The position numbers and the translations under genes were made by a program. The notes under the pieces are model-generated. The model was not told where the DNA came from. It was given only the letters and a program-made list of their open reading frames with translations, and did no database searches. A DNA stretch of 64,000 bases, from positions 1 through 64,000 of IMG/VR virus record IMGVR_UViG_2660238657_000001. One strand, written 5' to 3'. The DNA comes from a virus. Its lineage: Duplodnaviria; Caudoviricetes. Every line of letters begins with the position of its first letter. The stretch's first letter is position 1. This document shows, one piece after another, positions 60,330-64,000 of the stretch.

Positions 60330-60644
60330 TTATAATCTTTTTAAATCTAATCCTAATACCTTATTTAACGTTCCTTTCTCAATCATTACTCTAATGTTTT
60401 CATTATACTTTTCCTTGCTTATGTAGTCTTCTGGTAATCCTAAATCATATACGGGTATTGGAATATCATCTGCTCTGCCTTTAAATTCTTTAATTTCTTC
60501 TTCATTAAATCTATGTGCTATTCTTACATCAGATGTATATCCACACTCTTCATCTCTACAACCCCAGAATAAGCACCATTCATCACCATATATACTGTTA
60601 TGTCTATTGCATAATAATAAATATTTCTTAGCCAATCTAATCAT
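60330..60644 (-). CDS. Hypothetical phage protein
   Basis: LFWG....GYT.D...AH.F pattern; coupled to the upstream ORF. Confidence 0.65.
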   Translation of the reverse strand: MIRLAKKYLLLCNRHNSIYGDEWCLFWGCRDEECGYTSDVRIAHRFNEEEIKEFKGRADDIPIPVYDLGLPEDYISKEKYNENIRVMIEKGTLNKVLGLDLKRL

Positions 60645-60987
60645 CTCCTTCTAATTCTTTAACCATTTCCCTACAATAGCAACTATGACATAATTTTAGA
60701 CCTTGTGCTTTAAATCTGTTTGGAAATGGGTTAGTTCGTCCATATATAAATGCTTCACTATCTCTTACGGTACTACCACATGAATCACATTTTACATATT
60801 CTATTTTACTCGCATTATATGTAGGCTGAAATTCAACGTATATCTCAAACTCTTTGCCACAATTCTCATTCTCACATTCCCAATCTAAAGTATTGCCACT
60901 ACCCAATCCGTCACATAATGCGTCTGTCATGCTATTCTTATATCCACAATAAGGACGTTCTACAGTATCACTATATATTTTTATCAC
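60637..60987 (-). CDS. Cys-rich hypothetical protein
   Basis: PYCG, WEC....CG, CDSCG, LCHSC. Confidence 0.6.
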   Translation of the reverse strand: MIKIYSDTVERPYCGYKNSMTDALCDGLGSGNTLDWECENENCGKEFEIYVEFQPTYNASKIEYVKCDSCGSTVRDSEAFIYGRTNPFPNRFKAQGLKLCHSCYCREMVKELEGDD

Positions 60988-61192
60988 TTCCTTTAGTATC
61001 TAATAATTCCAACTCATCTTCCTTAAAATAAGCCGTTTCCCAATCATCTAAATAATATATTCTAACTTTATATTTAATTTCACCTTTGGTTTTGATCCAA
61101 CTTACAATCTCACCACACATGTCTTTGTATTGTTTCAGATGGTCTACACCTACGTCTTTGACTACTACTAAATCTCTAGTTCTAAATTTCAT
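60971..61192 (-). CDS. Small SH3/KOW-like hypothetical protein
   Basis: MKFRTRDLVVV...G.I...Y.V...F.EDELELL; start after GGAAGG. Confidence 0.55.
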   Translation of the reverse strand: MKFRTRDLVVVKDVGVDHLKQYKDMCGEIVSWIKTKGEIKYKVRIYYLDDWETAYFKEDELELLDTKGSDKNI

Positions 61193-61193
61193 A

Positions 61194-61826
61194 TTATCTA
61201 CCTTCCAATTGTTCAAGCTGTTGTTTATATTGTTCAAGTGATTTACTTACTGTTGATAGTTTTTCTTGTGTTTTTAGCTTACATTCTTCTAAATCGTGAA
61301 TTTCCTGTGTGATATTTTCTATGTCCTCAATCAATATTTTTCTCTTTGTTTCACCTTTTGTTATAATGTTCTTCAACCTATTAATTTCTTCTATATTTTG
61401 TTTCTTTTTAACAACTTGTACTTTATCTTTATCTACGTATAATGCATTTAATTCGCTTAGTTGGATTAAGAATTGTTCAGTTCCTTTTACTTCATCAACT
61501 ATAGTTCCTTTTACATTCTTAATACCTTCAGGACTATCTAATATTAAAACTTCATCTCCTATTTGTGGCTGATATTCGTTTTCTTTAATGGTTTCTTCTT
61601 TGTGTAATTTATTTTCATTTATTTTTGTTGATAATGATTTTATATACTTAGATAAGTCACTATCATCATTATGTAAGTCTTTTAAAACATCTTCTTGGCT
61701 TCCTATTACTATTGGTTTAAGTCCTAACAAACTTCCTACTAAATCTTGATCCCCATCAAAAATTGCTTTTATAAACTCATCAGCTTTTCTCATTTCTTTG
61801 TTTGATAATCTTTTTATGTTTGTCAT
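61194..61826 (-). CDS. Hypothetical protein with KOW-like domain and coiled coil
   Basis: IGDEVLI...KGTIV; C-terminal heptads; AAGGTG RBS. Confidence 0.65.
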   Translation of the reverse strand: MTNIKRLSNKEMRKADEFIKAIFDGDQDLVGSLLGLKPIVIGSQEDVLKDLHNDDSDLSKYIKSLSTKINENKLHKEETIKENEYQPQIGDEVLILDSPEGIKNVKGTIVDEVKGTEQFLIQLSELNALYVDKDKVQVVKKKQNIEEINRLKNIITKGETKRKILIEDIENITQEIHDLEECKLKTQEKLSTVSKSLEQYKQQLEQLEGR

Positions 61827-61906
61827 ATTAATTCACCTTTACCTTTCATATACTGTTTTTATTTTAATTAATCTTTATTTAATATTAAGAATAAAATTAT
61901 TTATTC

Positions 61907-62074
61907 TTATGCTTGTTGAAAATATTCTGACATGCTGTCTAAGTTCATAACTATTTCTTCATTGTTGTCATTTATAATTTTCTTGCCGAATCCAAATTCA
62001 TCTAGTCCCAAACATTTGTATTCTTGTCCTACTGTAAATCCTTCGGCTTCTTTAATGCATCTTAAAGTTTTCAT
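61907..62074 (-). CDS. Small hypothetical protein (55 aa, MKTLRCIKEAEGFTVGQEY...), not in the ORF track
   Basis: AAGGGAG RBS downstream of a consensus promoter. Confidence 0.65.
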   Translation of the reverse strand: MKTLRCIKEAEGFTVGQEYKCLGLDEFGFGKKIINDNNEEIVMNLDSMSEYFQQA

Positions 62075-62142
62075 ATTGTTATCTCCCTTATATGTATTAT
62101 ATTTTTATTCGTTGCTCTGTACTTTTTCCTTGCTACAAGTAT

Positions 62143-62171
62143 ATATTACCATGGTTGCTTTTACTTGTCAA
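62143..62171 (-). promoter_or_regulatory. Sigma-A-type promoter
   Basis: TTGACA-N17-TAATAT with extended -10 TG. Confidence 0.65.
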
Positions 62172-62209
62172 TACTTATTTGAAAATAATTTAATTTATTT
62201 TTATTTACT

Positions 62210-62227
62210 ATAAAATCAAGTTTTTAT
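62210..62227. repeat. ATAAAA-N6-TTTTAT dyad
   Basis: ATAAAA TCAAGT TTTTAT downstream of hicB. Confidence 0.65.
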
Positions 62228-62255
62228 GACTATTTCAATATTTTTAAATTTCTCT

Positions 62256-62513
62256 CTATACTTGAACTTGTACTATCATACTATACTGACCTTTGTCTAG
62301 CCTAATATCTTTTAAATCTGTTGGTGAAGGTATTTCATCTCCATCTTCCAACATACCACTTAAATGTAATCCTAGTGCATCATGTGCCATGTAATAAGTA
62401 TCTGCTATGTCATCTCCTTCTGTTATACATCCTGCAAAATCAGGGAAATTAATACAATAAGCACCACATTCTAAGTCTGGTGTTAGTATTGCTACGTATG
62501 TATACTTTTTCAT
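62256..62513 (-). CDS. hicB: HicB-family antitoxin (partial RNase H-like domain only, orphan)
   Basis: YTYVAI...Y.INFPDFAGCITEGD......MAHDALGLHL....EDGDEIPSP. Confidence 0.88.
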   Translation of the reverse strand: MKKYTYVAILTPDLECGAYCINFPDFAGCITEGDDIADTYYMAHDALGLHLSGMLEDGDEIPSPTDLKDIRLDKGQYSMIVQVQV

Positions 62514-62566
62514 AAATCATTCCTCCTTTTCACATATAATATAATTATTACACATTATCAATCACG

Positions 62567-62584
62567 ATAAAAGTCTTAATTTAT
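62567..62584. repeat. ATAAAA-N6-TTTTAT dyad (1 mismatch)
   Basis: ATAAAA GTCTTA ATTTAT upstream of hicB; contains the stop of 62581..63048. Confidence 0.5.
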
Positions 62585-63048
62585 ATCCTTTTACATCTAG
62601 CTTTGTCCTTACAAACTTGATTTACGATCTTACTTTCTTCTTTTGTCTTAGCAGATACCACACAACTCAATACAGAACTTTTGTTGTAATATCCTTCAAT
62701 TGTATAAGTTGGTATTCCATTATCTCTTAATGTATCAGCTATAATTTTACTATCTTCTCTTGTTCTTGGAGCTACAAAGAATGTCCATTCCTCATCTTTC
62801 TTAAACTTATTAAATAATCCTGTAGCTAAAAATGTTCCTAATGTCTCAGCAACCCCTATTACAACTATTCCTATATAACTTTTAGCTATTACTACATTCA
62901 TTAGGATTATAGCATTTGTAATAGAAGCTACACCTTTTAATATTCCTGCCAATTTATCATACCCATAAATTAAAGCTTTTGTTTTAGTTGTTGTGAACAT
63001 ACAGTCTATTAATTTTAATACAAATACTAATACATATAGTTTAATCAT
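62581..63048 (-). CDS. Membrane protein, DUF2179/DUF5698-like
   Basis: Three N-terminal TM segments, GTFL, then IADTLRDNGIP.Y..EG. Confidence 0.65.
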   Translation of the reverse strand: MIKLYVLVFVLKLIDCMFTTTKTKALIYGYDKLAGILKGVASITNAIILMNVVIAKSYIGIVVIGVAETLGTFLATGLFNKFKKDEEWTFFVAPRTREDSKIIADTLRDNGIPTYTIEGYYNKSSVLSCVVSAKTKEESKIVNQVCKDKARCKRI

Positions 63049-63125
63049 CCTACCATCCTTTCTTTGTTACCTTTTTTGTTATCTCTTGTATAACGTTAAT
63101 TGCATACTATATATATTCTTTTATA

Positions 63126-63704
63126 TTACATTTTTTCCTTTATAAATTCTTCTGTTATTTCTCTTAACTCCTGAACACTATTTTCTAAGTCTCTATTAAC
63201 TATCTTTGTATCATATTTTACTCCTCTGAACATCTTAAAATCATTAATCAATCTTGATATCCCTTTTACTAATCCATCTCGTTTTATTAATCTTTTAACT
63301 CTAGTAAAAAATGGAACTGTAACATATACGATTTTATAATCTACTCTGCTTTCTACTTTATTAGCGAAATAATCTACTCCTGCCTTATCTATGATGTAAT
63401 ATGTACTTTCCTCCACTTGATTCATGGTTGCCCAATAATGATTACCATTAAAATATGTATAAGCTACAGTATCAACTTCATTTCCTAGTTTGTCATATAT
63501 CTTTATTTCATTGGTTTTGTCATCTCTAATAAATGTGTAATCTTTTTCTCTAACAAATATATGTCCTTTTTCATTTTTAGTTCGTTCTGCTCTAGTAGTA
63601 TAACTTTGTATAGCTTTATATCCATACCACTCCATTTCTTCTATTATAGTTGACTTACCACTTGCAGATTGTCCTAATACTAAAACTATTTTTGGTTTAT
63701 TCAT
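63126..63704 (-). CDS. gmk: Guanylate kinase-like protein
   Basis: GQSASGKST, SYTTR..R..E, HIFV, YIID..G. Confidence 0.82.
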   Translation of the reverse strand: MNKPKIVLVLGQSASGKSTIIEEMEWYGYKAIQSYTTRAERTKNEKGHIFVREKDYTFIRDDKTNEIKIYDKLGNEVDTVAYTYFNGNHYWATMNQVEESTYYIIDKAGVDYFANKVESRVDYKIVYVTVPFFTRVKRLIKRDGLVKGISRLINDFKMFRGVKYDTKIVNRDLENSVQELREITEEFIKEKM

Positions 63705-63717
63705 AAGTCACACCCCC

Positions 63718-63999
63718 TTATAATTTATATTCTAATTTAATTTGGTTAATATTATTTATCCTCCTTATTCTATCTTCCAACTCCTCAAAGTCAGTATTAC
63801 AATATAAACACTTAATACCGATACCACTTTCCTTGCTAACTACTTCCCTATGACAATTCGGGCATCTATACTTATATTTAACTACAGGCTTTCTAGGTTT
63901 CTTTTCTTTAGGTTTAATAACCTTACTTAAACAAAATACGCTTTGATCTATTTCTAAATATCTCACTTCTTGTAATAGACTTTCTGATAAGCTAGTCAT
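63718..63999 (-). CDS. 3' end of a gene truncated by the window, with C-terminal zinc ribbon
   Basis: KYRCPNC...IKCLYC. Confidence 0.55.
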   Translation of the reverse strand: MTSLSESLLQEVRYLEIDQSVFCLSKVIKPKEKKPRKPVVKYKYRCPNCHREVVSKESGIGIKCLYCNTDFEELEDRIRRINNINQIKLEYKL

Positions 64000-64000
64000 A

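Overview
AT-rich 64-kb segment of a large Clostridium botulinum group III toxin-converting bacteriophage (c-st/SPbeta-like organisation). A short + strand block (two tyrosine recombinases, two small paralogues, a repeat-containing endonuclease, an XhlA/holin-like gene) converges at ~5 kb with a long - strand early/replication arm. That arm encodes RusA, type IIA topoisomerase A/B, a nucleotide-metabolism set (5'-nucleotidase, thymidine kinase, nucleoside deoxyribosyltransferase, dUTPase, NrdDG, guanylate kinase-like), RecD2, intein-containing DnaE, primase, DnaB-like helicase and an AAA ATPase. The ha-type botulinum neurotoxin cluster (bont D/C mosaic, ntnh, ha33, ha17, ha70, botR) lies at 15.8-27.4 kb. 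Self-processing elements are a group I intron with GIY-YIG in nrdD, a group II intron, a LAGLIDADG intein in dnaE and a twister ribozyme. The most striking unexplained structure is a dispersed 18-bp dyad, ATAAAA-N6-TTTTAT. I found 8 perfect copies by eye, all at gene boundaries, three with a second dyad exactly 18 bp away. They sit at the edges of accessory modules (orphan antitoxins, a nuclease+methylase pair, the right end of the toxin cluster). They may be recombination sites of a phage gene-cassette system or, alternatively, operators. All calls come from manual reading and motif recognition; no searches were run.
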